Shown piece after piece: positions 19,045 through 29,042 of a stretch of DNA of 64,000 nt. Each line of letters starts with the position of its first letter. Position 1 is the stretch's first letter. Source of the DNA: an uncultured bacterium (GTDB lineage: Bacteria; Elusimicrobiota; Elusimicrobia; Elusimicrobiales; Elusimicrobiaceae); NCBI GenBank assembly GCA_949291365.1, contig CASEVJ010000011.1, positions 23,661 through 87,660 on the forward strand, read 5' to 3'. Position numbers and translations under genes: made by a program. The notes beneath the pieces were generated by a model. That model was not told where the DNA came from. It did no database searches and was given only the letters and a program-made list of their open reading frames with translations.

Positions 19045-21060
19045 ATGCCCTCAAAATCCGAAATCCTTTTCCCCCAAAGCCGTTACCAAAAATTTATTGC
19101 CAATTTTGCAGAAGACGCTCTGTTTTTTGTTTTTCTGCTGTTGCTTTTATCTGTGTATCGGGCGGCTTTTTTGTTTAATTTTCGCAGTTTGCTGCCGGCC
19201 GATACGCCTTCTTCGGATATTTGGCTGACGATGTGGTACGGGCTGCGCATTAGTCTGAAAACGGCGGGCGCATTGTTCTTGCCTTCTTTTGTGCTGGGCA
19301 CGCTTGCCCAGCAGATTTATCTGCGCTGGCCGGCCCGACGGGTGCGTTTTGTATGGGCGGCGATTTGTATTACGGGGCTGTCTTTGCTGTTTCAAAGCCG
19401 TATTCCGTATTACCATGAGTTTAATAATGCATTCGGGCCGTTTGTGTTCAATACGTTTCACGATGACGTGTGGGCTATTGTAAAAACTTCCATACAGCAA
19501 TACCAGGCCGTCTGGCGGGTGTTGGCCGGGCTGCTGTGTTCGGCGGCAGGCGTATACGCATTTTATTGGTGGCGCAAGCTGGCGGTGCCGCTGGCGCGGC
19601 CGCTGTTGTCGGTGCGGCGCAAATGGGTGGCGGTGGTCTGTATTTGTGTGTTGTTGGTGCCGACGGCTGTGTTTGTGCGCAAAGGCGGCAGCTTTACCTA
19701 TAACGGGTCTATTTATTGGAAGAACGCCGCCCGCATGACACAGCATTTGCTTAATGAAGCTATTTTGGACGATATACAGGCCTTATATAAAGCCAGCCGC
19801 ATTTATAAACAATTTGCCAAATATTCCAAAGATTTGGACGAGCAAACCGTCCGTGCCGCAGCGGCGCGTCTGATGGGGACGGCTACCTATGAAGAGGATA
19901 GTTTATTGCCGTTGCTAACCCGTAAAGCAGGAGGCAGTTTGCTGGCCCGCAAACCGAGCCATATTTTTGTCATTGTGGGTGAGACCTATATGCTCTGGCC
20001 TTTATTGGAGTCCTATAAAGAGTTGCCCATAGCCCAGGGGCTGCGCGGTTTAATAGGGCGCCAAGACAGTGTGTTTGTGCCTCATTTTCTGCCATCCTCC
20101 AACGGTACGATGTTTGGGCTGACTTCGGTGTTGTTGGGCTTGCCGGAAATTAATTTGCTCACAGCCAACCGCCCTACCGCCCAAAAGCCCTATGAGACGG
20201 CCCTTTCCGTCCAGCTGCGCCGGCAAGGATATAAAACACGGTTTTTCTACGGCGGGTTCCCGTCTTGGGAAAATGTGGGTGCGTTTATGAACAACCAGCA
20301 AATGGATGAAAGCTTTTACTATGCCGACTTTGGCGGGCAGGGCGGCGTGTGGGGTGTGGAAGATAAGCTTTTCCTGCAAGGGGTGGCACAGCATATTACG
20401 CCGGAGCCGTCTTTTAATTTAATTTTGACTAGCTCCAACCACAGCCCGCTGGTGGTGGATATGAGCCAGGAGCCGCAGATTGCTTCCCGGCAGGAAATGG
20501 CCCGCTTTGTGCCGCCGGAAACGGCAGACAAAGAACAGCTCATAGACCGCCTGCAGCATTTCCAGTACGCCGATAAATACCTGGCGAAATTTGTGTTGGA
20601 TATGTATGAAAAATATCCGGACAGTTTATTTATTATTACGGGTGACCATGCAGACCGCTGGACATTGCAGGCCAATCCTTCGCTGTATGAGCGGCTTTCC
20701 GTGCCGCTGGTGCTGATAGGGAATGGGCTTACCCAGCAAGCGCTTTCGGCCCAGGCGGCAGGCAGCCACATGGATATAGCGGCTACGGTGATGGAGTTGG
20801 TGCTCCCCGCCGGGGAAACGTATTATGCGCTGGGGCGTAATGTGCTTGACGGGCAAACCCTAGCCCTGCATGCTTACTACTGGGAAAATAAGGACGTACT
20901 GGCAGATTTAAATTCCGATCAATATGAATTGCTCCCCGGGGTTTCCTCTGCCCCAGTTGCGGAAGTGATGCAGCAGCAGCGCCAAACTCTGCAAGACATA
21001 CAGACGGTTACCGCCTGGCGCGTACTGCATGGTACGGAGCTGCCTGCACAGCAGAAATGA
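19045..21060 (+). CDS. LTA-synthase-family / phosphoglycerol-transferase-like membrane sulfatase
   Basis: About 5 TM, then an alkaline-phosphatase fold with VGET, NGTMFG, TSSNHSP, GDH; start set at MPSKSE. Confidence 0.85.
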   Translation: MPSKSEILFPQSRYQKFIANFAEDALFFVFLLLLLSVYRAAFLFNFRSLLPADTPSSDIWLTMWYGLRISLKTAGALFLPSFVLGTLAQQIYLRWPARRVRFVWAAICITGLSLLFQSRIPYYHEFNNAFGPFVFNTFHDDVWAIVKTSIQQYQAVWRVLAGLLCSAAGVYAFYWWRKLAVPLARPLLSVRRKWVAVVCICVLLVPTAVFVRKGGSFTYNGSIYWKNAARMTQHLLNEAILDDIQALYKASRIYKQFAKYSKDLDEQTVRAAAARLMGTATYEEDSLLPLLTRKAGGSLLARKPSHIFVIVGETYMLWPLLESYKELPIAQGLRGLIGRQDSVFVPHFLPSSNGTMFGLTSVLLGLPEINLLTANRPTAQKPYETALSVQLRRQGYKTRFFYGGFPSWENVGAFMNNQQMDESFYYADFGGQGGVWGVEDKLFLQGVAQHITPEPSFNLILTSSNHSPLVVDMSQEPQIASRQEMARFVPPETADKEQLIDRLQHFQYADKYLAKFVLDMYEKYPDSLFIITGDHADRWTLQANPSLYERLSVPLVLIGNGLTQQALSAQAAGSHMDIAATVMELVLPAGETYYALGRNVLDGQTLALHAYYWENKDVLADLNSDQYELLPGVSSAPVAEVMQQQRQTLQDIQTVTAWRVLHGTELPAQQK

Positions 21061-21559
21061 TGGAACTTTTCAGTTGTTTGGGCCAAGCGTATTTGCGTTT
21101 GGCCCTTTTATTTATTTTGTCCGGGCCCGGATGCGTCCTGCGGGGGTGGTTTGCCTGCCCTGCTTTGGCTTCCAGGGCGTTTGTCTTTAGCTTTATCTGG
21201 AGCGGGCGGTTTTTTTCCTATTTCCCTGCCGAGCAAACAAACGGGATTTGTCCACGGGGCAGGTATGACTTGGCACTTTAAAAGGTTATTTCCCCCGGCG
21301 GAGGGCCGTGGCTCCGTTTCAAACGGTCTGGTGCCGTGGGGTATCGGATTGTATGGATACAGCTTTGGCTTGCAGCAACAGCCCGTTTGTCTGCATTGGG
21401 GGCGCTTGGCTTGCCGTAAAATAGCCCGTGTGGCCGGGGCACTGAAGAGACCAGCAAACAAAGAGCAGTATATTCGCGCGCGGGCGTTCGTATTTACGGC
21501 TATTTTCCTGCTGCAAAATGCTACAATAAATCTAGCCGCGTATCACAGGGGTTTAAAGA

Positions 21560-22798
21560 GTGAAAAAACTTTCCTTTTCTTATTCTAAAATGGGCATGTA
21601 TAAAGAATGCCCCCAGAAGTATAAATTCCGCTATGTACACATGCTGCCCGAATTTCCGAAGTATTATTTTGCTTTTGGCACGGCGCTGCATGAAGTGATG
21701 GAATACATTTATAATCCGAAAAATCCTTCTTTCCCGACGTTGGAAGAAGCGCTCTCTTTTTTCCAAACCCATTGGAACAGCAGCACATTTGAACAAAAGG
21801 GCTATGCTTCCGCCGAAAAAGAGGCCCTGGGGGAAGAGGAAGCCAAGCGCATTATTACCGCCTATTACGGCAAGTACGGCAATTCGTTGGTGCGTCCGCT
21901 GTCGGTGGAAATGAAAAGTACGCTGGACATGGACGGCTTGAGTTTAATTAGCATTCTAGACCGCATAGATTATTTGGGCGAGGGGCGGGTTAAGATTTTG
22001 GACTATAAAACCGGCAAAACCGTACAGCGCGAGCCCGACCAGCTGATGATGTATCAAAAAGTGGCCGAAAACAGCCCTGCCGTTTTGCGTCTGGTGCAGC
22101 AGCTGGATCCGAATGTAAAACAGGTTAAGGTGGAAACGTTAAGTTTTTATCATTTGCCCACATTGCAGGAGCTGTCTTTTGAACGCTGTAGCGATAAAGA
22201 GCTGTATGAATTTTGGCAGAAAGTGCTGGGCGTGGCCGATAATATCCGGGCCGGGCGTTTTGCTCCGAGCCCGGAGGAAAACAAATGCCGCTGGTGCGAT
22301 TACCATAATATTTGCCCTGTCTTTACAGGCAAGGAATACGACGGCCCCAGCGGGTGGGGCGCCAAAATACCCGATGTTCCCCCCCCGTCAGGCAATCCGT
22401 TTGCGTTCCAGCCCGAAAAAACACTTTCCGCCGTTCCTAAAACGGAGCAGGAAATCCTTTCGGAAAAAATAGACCAGCTGGGATCTGTCATAGAGCAGCA
22501 GGCCCGTTTGCGCCAGGAGATAATCTCTCTGATGGAAAAGCTGGGGTATAAGCGGCATTTTGGGGCTAAATTCCGGGCCGAACTGATCCAGCGTACCGCT
22601 TGGGAATTTGACGACAAACCCAAAACCGTGGAAACCCTGCGCCAGCTACATCTGCTGGCTAAAACGCTGGTACCGACGCAAAGCAGCATTCTCGCCCTGC
22701 TGTCAGACCCGTCCGTCCCGCAGCCGGCTAAAGACCGCCTGAGAGCGTTGGCCCGCCAGATACAGCAAACCGAAGTAGAAATTACTGAGGCAGAATAA
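21560..22798 (+). CDS. PD-(D/E)xK RecB-family nuclease with a predicted Fe-S staple
   Basis: SYS...CPQKY, FGTALH, ILDRIDY...ILDYKTG, QLMMY, CRWCDYHNICP. Confidence 0.85.
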   Translation: MKKLSFSYSKMGMYKECPQKYKFRYVHMLPEFPKYYFAFGTALHEVMEYIYNPKNPSFPTLEEALSFFQTHWNSSTFEQKGYASAEKEALGEEEAKRIITAYYGKYGNSLVRPLSVEMKSTLDMDGLSLISILDRIDYLGEGRVKILDYKTGKTVQREPDQLMMYQKVAENSPAVLRLVQQLDPNVKQVKVETLSFYHLPTLQELSFERCSDKELYEFWQKVLGVADNIRAGRFAPSPEENKCRWCDYHNICPVFTGKEYDGPSGWGAKIPDVPPPSGNPFAFQPEKTLSAVPKTEQEILSEKIDQLGSVIEQQARLRQEIISLMEKLGYKRHFGAKFRAELIQRTAWEFDDKPKTVETLRQLHLLAKTLVPTQSSILALLSDPSVPQPAKDRLRALARQIQQTEVEITEAE

Positions 22799-24723
22799 TG
22801 TGGATTAAAAAACCCAAAAGAAGCGATTTCCGTGTAAAACTTTCCATAGCGGTAGTGCTGGGGGCTTTATTGATGTTTGCCCTGTTTCGGCTGGCATTGC
22901 TGGTGCTGAATTATTCGGTGTTTGACTCTTTAAGTGCCGGAGAAATAATTGGCGCGTTTTGGAATGGGATGCGCTTTGACCTATCTGTAATTGCTCTGTT
23001 TATCGGACCGGTTATTTTGCTGTTTAATTTGCCGGTTAATTCGGTGCGTTATGTAAAAAGCTGTGTATTATTGATGGCAGCGCAATTAGTGATAATGGCT
23101 GGATTTTTGGTGGCGGATTTGATTTATTTCCCTTATGTGAAAAGGCATATTGCCGAAGAAATTGTGCAAATATCGGCCGATTGGGGCTTTGTGCTTTCGT
23201 ATATGTTTACCAAAGCATTGCTGCCGCTGCTGCTTTTACTTTTTTTGTTTGGGTTGATAGGTGTTTTTGTACATAAAATTTTTAAATACCGCTATGTATT
23301 TGACCCGTATTATGCCAAAGGAGAACTGACAAAACTGGTGGTATGTATGCTCTTTATTGTCTTGGGGATACGCGGACATTTGGGATTGGGAAAGCCAATT
23401 GGTATTGCAGATGTATATCAATATGCGTCATCTCCGGCGGCAGCGGCGCTGACTTTAAATGGCGTTTTTACCGCTTATCAGGTGGGCCGGAAGGGCAAGA
23501 TAGACATACGGAGTAATTATCCGGCAGACAAAGCTATTGCCAATGTGCAAAAAATGCTTATTGCTCCGGAAGAAATAGTCATTAACGAGCAATATCCTTT
23601 GATGCGCCAGCCCCGTTCTGCCCGCAGCCCAAAGGATATTAATTTTTTCATTGTGCTTTTGGAAGGGTGGCATCCCTATTATGTGGATTCTCTGTCCGGC
23701 AATCACTTTGGCGTAACACCAGTGTTTGACCAAATTGTCAAAGACGGAGTGAATTTTACCAATGCATATGCCGTAGGTTTGCGCAGTATATTTGGATTTG
23801 CCGGCGTGTTAGTGGGGGTGCCGCTGGTTCCCGGGTTGCCGATGTTCGGTTACGGCTTGGAGCTGACCAGCTTTTTCCGTTTGCCGGGAGCCATGAGCGC
23901 GGCAGGGTGGAATACTTTTTTTGCACAAACTTCCAACAGAGATTCTTACCGTTTGTGTGCGCTGGCTTCTTATTTAGGTGTTCAGGACAGTTACGGCAAG
24001 GAAGATATGAGAGAATTGCTTCCTTATATTAGCCGCGCTCCCTTTGGTTATGATTACGATGGGCTGATGTTTGGGGCGGAACGGGCAAAAATCCGTCAAA
24101 ACCGCAATTTTTTGGGAACGGTGTTTACTGGCATTACTCAGGCCCCTTTTGCCCGCACGTTGGAGCGGTTTGATAAATATAAAGGCACCACATGGGACGA
24201 CAGATTTAAAAATGCGCTGTATTATGCTGACTGGTCAATTGGGGAGCTGTTAAAACGCGCCAAGGAAGAGGGCTGGTTTGACAATACGGTTTTTGTCTTT
24301 GTGGCGGATTATCCTTCCGGCGGGCCGGATTCGGATTCTTTATATAACAAATTCCGTATTCCGCTGGTGCTGTATGCGCCCAAGCTTCTCAAACCCCGTA
24401 CTGTACGTTATGTGGTATCCCAGTTGGATATAGTGCCTACACTGTATAATTTGGCCGGGCTGAACGTGCCGTATAGCGCATTGGGCCGGGATATGCTGGA
24501 CGGGCAGAACGCCTCCGGTCGTGCGGCGTTTGTAGTAGACGGAGAAAATATAGGGCTGATTACCCAAAAGGGGGCCATACGCCACAACCGCAGGGAAGTT
24601 GTGTCGGAAGAAAAAATCTCTGATGATTTTAACGCCCAAGAGGCAGAGGAAACTTTGCTCTCTTTGGACAAAGCCGCTTATACGCTGCTAAAAAATAATA
24701 CATGGTATACTGATGAACAATAA
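22798..24723 (+). CDS. LTA-synthase-family protein with degenerate metal-binding histidines
   Basis: TM domain plus LLEGW and RSIFG; ITQAPF and ADYP stand where xNHxP and xDH are expected; coupled start (TAATG). Confidence 0.8.
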   Translation: MWIKKPKRSDFRVKLSIAVVLGALLMFALFRLALLVLNYSVFDSLSAGEIIGAFWNGMRFDLSVIALFIGPVILLFNLPVNSVRYVKSCVLLMAAQLVIMAGFLVADLIYFPYVKRHIAEEIVQISADWGFVLSYMFTKALLPLLLLLFLFGLIGVFVHKIFKYRYVFDPYYAKGELTKLVVCMLFIVLGIRGHLGLGKPIGIADVYQYASSPAAAALTLNGVFTAYQVGRKGKIDIRSNYPADKAIANVQKMLIAPEEIVINEQYPLMRQPRSARSPKDINFFIVLLEGWHPYYVDSLSGNHFGVTPVFDQIVKDGVNFTNAYAVGLRSIFGFAGVLVGVPLVPGLPMFGYGLELTSFFRLPGAMSAAGWNTFFAQTSNRDSYRLCALASYLGVQDSYGKEDMRELLPYISRAPFGYDYDGLMFGAERAKIRQNRNFLGTVFTGITQAPFARTLERFDKYKGTTWDDRFKNALYYADWSIGELLKRAKEEGWFDNTVFVFVADYPSGGPDSDSLYNKFRIPLVLYAPKLLKPRTVRYVVSQLDIVPTLYNLAGLNVPYSALGRDMLDGQNASGRAAFVVDGENIGLITQKGAIRHNRREVVSEEKISDDFNAQEAEETLLSLDKAAYTLLKNNTWYTDEQ

Positions 24724-26179
24724 ATTTATTATCGCTTTAGACCAAGGGAGCTCCGCTTCGCGCGCGCTGGCTATAGATGAAAAAGGACAAGTAGCCGCGC
24801 GGGCCAGCTGTGCCGTGCAGACACAGCGCCATACGGGCCATGCCTCCGCTCCGGCAGCCATAGCTGAATTTGACGCCTGGGAGCTGCTTGCTGGGCAAAT
24901 GGAAGCCCTGACCAATGTATTGGCCCAGGTGCCGACTGACCAAGTTTGCGCCATTTCCGTAGCTAGCCAGCGTTCCACCGTAGTTTTTTGGGATCGGCTG
25001 ACGGGGCGCCCGGTGGCGCCTGCCTTGAGCTGGCAGGACGGCCGTGCCGCGGCGGAAGTCGACGCGGCGGACTTGCCCCAAGAAACGGTGCATCAGCTGA
25101 CCGGTTTATATAAAACGCCGTTTTATTCCGCCCCCAAAATTGCCTGGACGCTAAAAAATGTGCCGCAGGCGGCGCAGGCCGCCCGGGACGGACGTTTATG
25201 CGTGGGGCCGGTGGCGACGTATCTTATTTGGCATTTGACCGGCGGGAAAACATTTGCCTGTGACCCGACGCTGGCCCAGCGTATGCTGTTATTGAACATT
25301 GCTACGCTGAACTGGGAGCCGCAGCTGCTGGAAAGCTTTGGCATAGACCGTGCCTGGCTGCCCCAAATTAAACGTACAGCCGATGATTACGGCGTGTTCG
25401 TGCATGAAGGGGTTTCTATCCCTATACGCGTTTGCGTGGGAGATCAGCAGGCCGCTTTATGTGCCATGCGTGTGGTGTCCGGCGGCGCGTGTATCAATTA
25501 TGGAACTGGGGCCTTTTTTATGCGCAATACCGGCAGCCAGCGCCATCTGTTGCCGGGACTGCTGACCTCGGTCGGGGCCTGCGTTGGCGGGAGCGGGTAT
25601 GAATATTTGTTAGAGGGCCCGGTAAATGCCTGTGCAACGGCTTTTGCGTGGTTGAGTGAAATTGGTTTTTCCTTTTCCACCGAGGAATTAGATGCTTTGT
25701 GTGAGGGCGCCCGCGAGCCGGTGTGGTTTTTGCCGGCGTTGGGCGGGCTGGGAGCGCCTTATTGGGATTTTGCGGCTACGCCGGTATTATCTGGGTTTTC
25801 CCCCCGTACGCAAAAGTCCGATGTGGTGGCTGGCGCCGTGCGGGCCATGGCACTGCTGTTGGCGGATATCGTCTTTTATGCGGAGCGTTTTGGCATTAAA
25901 AGCGCAGAGATAAAAGTAACGGGCGGTTTGTCCCGTTGCCGCTCTTTGCTGCGTGCACAGGCCGATGTGCTGCAAATGCGGCTGCTGCCATGTGCCGAGT
26001 CGGAAAGTACGGCCGTGGGCGCGGCTTTCTTGGCGGCGCCTCAATCCGGAGTGGACTGCTCCCAATGGGAAACCATACGTTTGCTGCCTGCGGTAGAGCC
26101 CACGATGGACGCTGACAACGCGGAAGATTTGTTCCAGCAATGGCATGGCTTTTTAAATTGGTGCAAGCTTCGCAAATAA
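24713..26179 (+). CDS. FGGY-family carbohydrate kinase, glycerol-kinase-like
   Basis: IALDQGSSASR, SQRST, WQDGR, GDQQAAL, YGTGAF, PALGGLGAPYWD, GGLS; overlaps the upstream stop. Confidence 0.85.
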   Translation: MNNKFIIALDQGSSASRALAIDEKGQVAARASCAVQTQRHTGHASAPAAIAEFDAWELLAGQMEALTNVLAQVPTDQVCAISVASQRSTVVFWDRLTGRPVAPALSWQDGRAAAEVDAADLPQETVHQLTGLYKTPFYSAPKIAWTLKNVPQAAQAARDGRLCVGPVATYLIWHLTGGKTFACDPTLAQRMLLLNIATLNWEPQLLESFGIDRAWLPQIKRTADDYGVFVHEGVSIPIRVCVGDQQAALCAMRVVSGGACINYGTGAFFMRNTGSQRHLLPGLLTSVGACVGGSGYEYLLEGPVNACATAFAWLSEIGFSFSTEELDALCEGAREPVWFLPALGGLGAPYWDFAATPVLSGFSPRTQKSDVVAGAVRAMALLLADIVFYAERFGIKSAEIKVTGGLSRCRSLLRAQADVLQMRLLPCAESESTAVGAAFLAAPQSGVDCSQWETIRLLPAVEPTMDADNAEDLFQQWHGFLNWCKLRK

Positions 26180-26500
26180 AAGGGCGGTGCGTTGTTTTTT
26201 GTTTGCAAAACCCCGGGCGTATATGCCCGGGGTTTTGCTATATATAGCTTGCCGGCGGGCTCTGTTTAGCACCCTGTTTTATGAAAAAAAAGAGCGGTGC
26301 TTGGGCTTTAGCTGGACGGTGCCGGCGGTGCAGGGAAATGCGGCGGGGAGTGTGGTAAAGCGCTTTAAAATACAAGGAAAGGGCCGTCTGTAAAACTATC
26401 TTTGGAGCTTTTCCGTTTAAAGGTGAAAAGCGAGCCAAGCCGCTAGGCACAAAAAATCCCGCGCCGTTTGAAAGGCGCGGGATTGTGGAGTAAAACTATG

Positions 26501-28393
26501 CTATTCCGTCAATACGGTGGGCTGAAGCGCTTCCTGGGTAGCTGTGGCTGCATTGTCCAGTCTCTCCAAGCGGGCTGCCACTTCAGCTTCAATTTCCGCT
26601 TCCCGTTTAGCTTTGGCTTGTTCTAATTGTTGTTGTAAATCAACCAATTCCTGGTCATGCTGCATCATTTCTTGTTCCACTTCTGCGCGTAATTCTTCTT
26701 TCTTTTTAGCCAGTGCTTCTTCCTGCAGTTGTTTGACCAAGGCCTCTTCTTCAGCCAGCTGGGCCTCTAACGCTTCCACTTCTTTAAGCTTTTCCTGGGC
26801 CAGCGCTTGCGCCTGCGCGCGCAGTCTTTCCTGCTCTTCATTGGCTAATGCCTGGGCAGCGGCGCGGGCTTTGAGCTGCTCCTGCAGTACGGTGTGTTTT
26901 TTAACTTCCAATACTTTCATGACGGGAGACTGCGGCATTAAATCGGCCGCTAAAGCAAAGGCGTCTTTACCTTCTTTGTTTACGGCGGTCAAATCTACGT
27001 CATTTTTTACCAGGATTAAGGCGCCCTTTTCATTTAAGTTTTTAATGGCGTGCATCAGGGCCGAGTTGCCGTTGTCGTCCTGGCGGTTTAAGTCTGCTCC
27101 GTTCTCTATCATCCACTGCAGAGCATCAATGCCATTTTCGGTGGTATACATCAGGGCTGTTTTGCTTTTGGCATCGGCGGAGTCAATGGAGAAATATTCC
27201 GGCGTAAGCACCTGCATAGAGGGAATATTCTGGTTTTGCGCGGCGGCGATAAATACGTTTTGGCCGTTATTGTCTACAATGTTGATATCGGCTCCCATGC
27301 GCAGCAGCTGGCGCATGAGCCCGGTCTGTCCGTTTTCTGAAGCGAAGAAAAGAGCCGTGCGTCCGTTTTTGTCTTTCAGGTTTACGTCCGCTCCATTGGA
27401 GACCAATACTTGGGCGGCTTTTTCCTGCCCGGCGGCTGCGGCGGCGCTCAAAGCCGATAAACCGGTGGCCGGGTTTTGATAGTCCGGATTAACATTGTGT
27501 TTTAACAAAATACGAATATTATCCACACTGCCCTGCTGGGCCGCATAGATGAGCGGGGTGTTGCCCATATTGTCAGGCATGTCTATCGCCCGGGGATCAA
27601 GCTCCAACAATTTTTCGGTCAGGCGGCGGTCATTGGCGCCCATGGCATGTATCAGCGCGGTTTTGCCCAAGTCGTCCTTGGCTTTAACGTCGGCTCCGTT
27701 TTCCAATAAGTAATTAACGGCGTCCGTTTGCCCGGCTGCGGCGGCCGCCAGCAGCGGAGTAACGCCATAGCTGGAGGGCAGATTTACGGAGGCGGTGCCT
27801 TCTTCTACCAACATACGCAAAATTTCCATATTGCCTTTTTCGGCTGCTACCGTCAGCGGCGTAATGCCGGCATAGTTGCGTTCGTTTACGTCTACATTGG
27901 CGTAAATCAACGTGCGGACACGGTCAAAATCCTGCGTTTTAATGGCGCGTACCAACGAGGTATCATAAACAAATTTTGTCTTGGCCAGCTCCCGGGGGCC
28001 TAATGTCTCTCCCTGGTATACGGCCTTTTCTTGCCCAAATACTTTGCCGCGGTAAAGGTCTGACTGAATTTTGCTTCCGTCCATTGCAGTCGGGTTTTCC
28101 CCTAGTTTATTGCCTTTATAGGTAGCTTGTTTGGCGCCAAACACTTCTCCTCTTTTGGAAGGTGTTTGGGAACCCAGCACAGTGCCGCGGTAAATATCGC
28201 CGGGTACGTTTGAACGGGCCACTTCGGCCTCAATCATTTCTTCCCGGGTTTTTCTTTCTTCCTGTTTAACAGGTTCTTCTAACCCTTTAATAAAGACGGG
28301 TTTGCCGTCTACATAAATAATGTCGGGCTCTTGCGCCATGACGGCAGGAGCCAAAGAGAAAGCCAGCAACAACGTTAAGTAGAATTTGTTCAT
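26501..28393 (-). CDS. Secreted ankyrin-repeat protein with a C-terminal coiled coil
   Basis: Signal peptide; repeated GxTPL/TAL-xxAA ankyrin units (roughly ten by eye); Glu/Ala/Gln-rich tail; GGAGG RBS before ATG 28393. Confidence 0.88.
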   Translation of the reverse strand: MNKFYLTLLLAFSLAPAVMAQEPDIIYVDGKPVFIKGLEEPVKQEERKTREEMIEAEVARSNVPGDIYRGTVLGSQTPSKRGEVFGAKQATYKGNKLGENPTAMDGSKIQSDLYRGKVFGQEKAVYQGETLGPRELAKTKFVYDTSLVRAIKTQDFDRVRTLIYANVDVNERNYAGITPLTVAAEKGNMEILRMLVEEGTASVNLPSSYGVTPLLAAAAAGQTDAVNYLLENGADVKAKDDLGKTALIHAMGANDRRLTEKLLELDPRAIDMPDNMGNTPLIYAAQQGSVDNIRILLKHNVNPDYQNPATGLSALSAAAAAGQEKAAQVLVSNGADVNLKDKNGRTALFFASENGQTGLMRQLLRMGADINIVDNNGQNVFIAAAQNQNIPSMQVLTPEYFSIDSADAKSKTALMYTTENGIDALQWMIENGADLNRQDDNGNSALMHAIKNLNEKGALILVKNDVDLTAVNKEGKDAFALAADLMPQSPVMKVLEVKKHTVLQEQLKARAAAQALANEEQERLRAQAQALAQEKLKEVEALEAQLAEEEALVKQLQEEALAKKKEELRAEVEQEMMQHDQELVDLQQQLEQAKAKREAEIEAEVAARLERLDNAATATQEALQPTVLTE

Positions 28394-28822
28394 GTTTTCC
28401 TCCAATGTTTATATTATAGCAATAGGAGAGAGTTTTTGATAAAAAATTTTGAAAATCTTTTTATAATTATAAATGATAGTCAAAAAGAGTTATCTGTATG
28501 TAAATAAAAAGAATTTAGTCCATAGGTTAAAAAAAATTTGCATTTTTCTTCTATGCGTTGTATCATAGAAATATAGTTTTTCTCCCCCCAGAACCTTTCG
28601 ATTTACCCCCCGAATGGTTCTGAAAAAGAGCAGGGCACATCCCCCTGCTCTTTTGTTGTATATAACTTTCGCGCTATGGAAGGCCTGTCTGCTGTTCCAC
28701 ATTTCCCTATTACTTTATCGTATATAAACACCCCGTCTGGGTCAGGGCTTGTGAATATACAAACGGTCCTGCGTACGTTCGCTCCCAGCTGGACAAAACT
28801 GCCTGGGGCTTGAGAACATACA

Positions 28823-28850
28823 AACAGCCCCCGCGGCTGCGGGGGCTGTT
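28823..28850 (-). terminator. Terminator of the ferredoxin gene
   Basis: AACAGCCCCCGC-ggct-GCGGGGGCTGTT; followed by T on the minus strand. Confidence 0.75.
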
Positions 28851-28871
28851 GGGTAAACAAGAACTGTAAGA

Positions 28872-29042
28872 TTACAGCGCAATAGCGCTTACCGGGCAGG
28901 TGCCGGCGCAGGCGCCGCATTCAATGCATTTGGCAGCGTCAATGGCGCGTTTGCCGTTCTGTTCGGAAATGGCGCCGACCGGGCAGGAAGATTCACAGGC
29001 GCCGCAATTAATGCAGACTTCGGGGTTTACTTTGTAAGCCAT
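28872..29042 (-). CDS. 2x[4Fe-4S] ferredoxin, 56 aa (not in the ORF track)
   Basis: Manual translation MAYKVNPEVCINCGACESSCPVGAISEQNGKRAIDAAKCIECGACAGTCPVSAIAL*; two CxxCxxCxxxCP motifs; AGGAG RBS. Confidence 0.95.
   Translation of the reverse strand: MAYKVNPEVCINCGACESSCPVGAISEQNGKRAIDAAKCIECGACAGTCPVSAIAL

Noticed and set aside
21061-21559. ORFs in the 500-nt gap before the nuclease
   Set aside because: Mutually overlapping, compositionally unlike real genes here, and without motifs.
21560-22798. cas4 call
   Set aside because: No cas1, cas2 or array; the motifs are shared by the wider RecB/AddB-like family.
28660-28720. SRP RNA suggested by GGAA and AGCAG on the minus strand
   Set aside because: The required CAGG-stem-GNRA-stem-AGCA order and pairing are absent.
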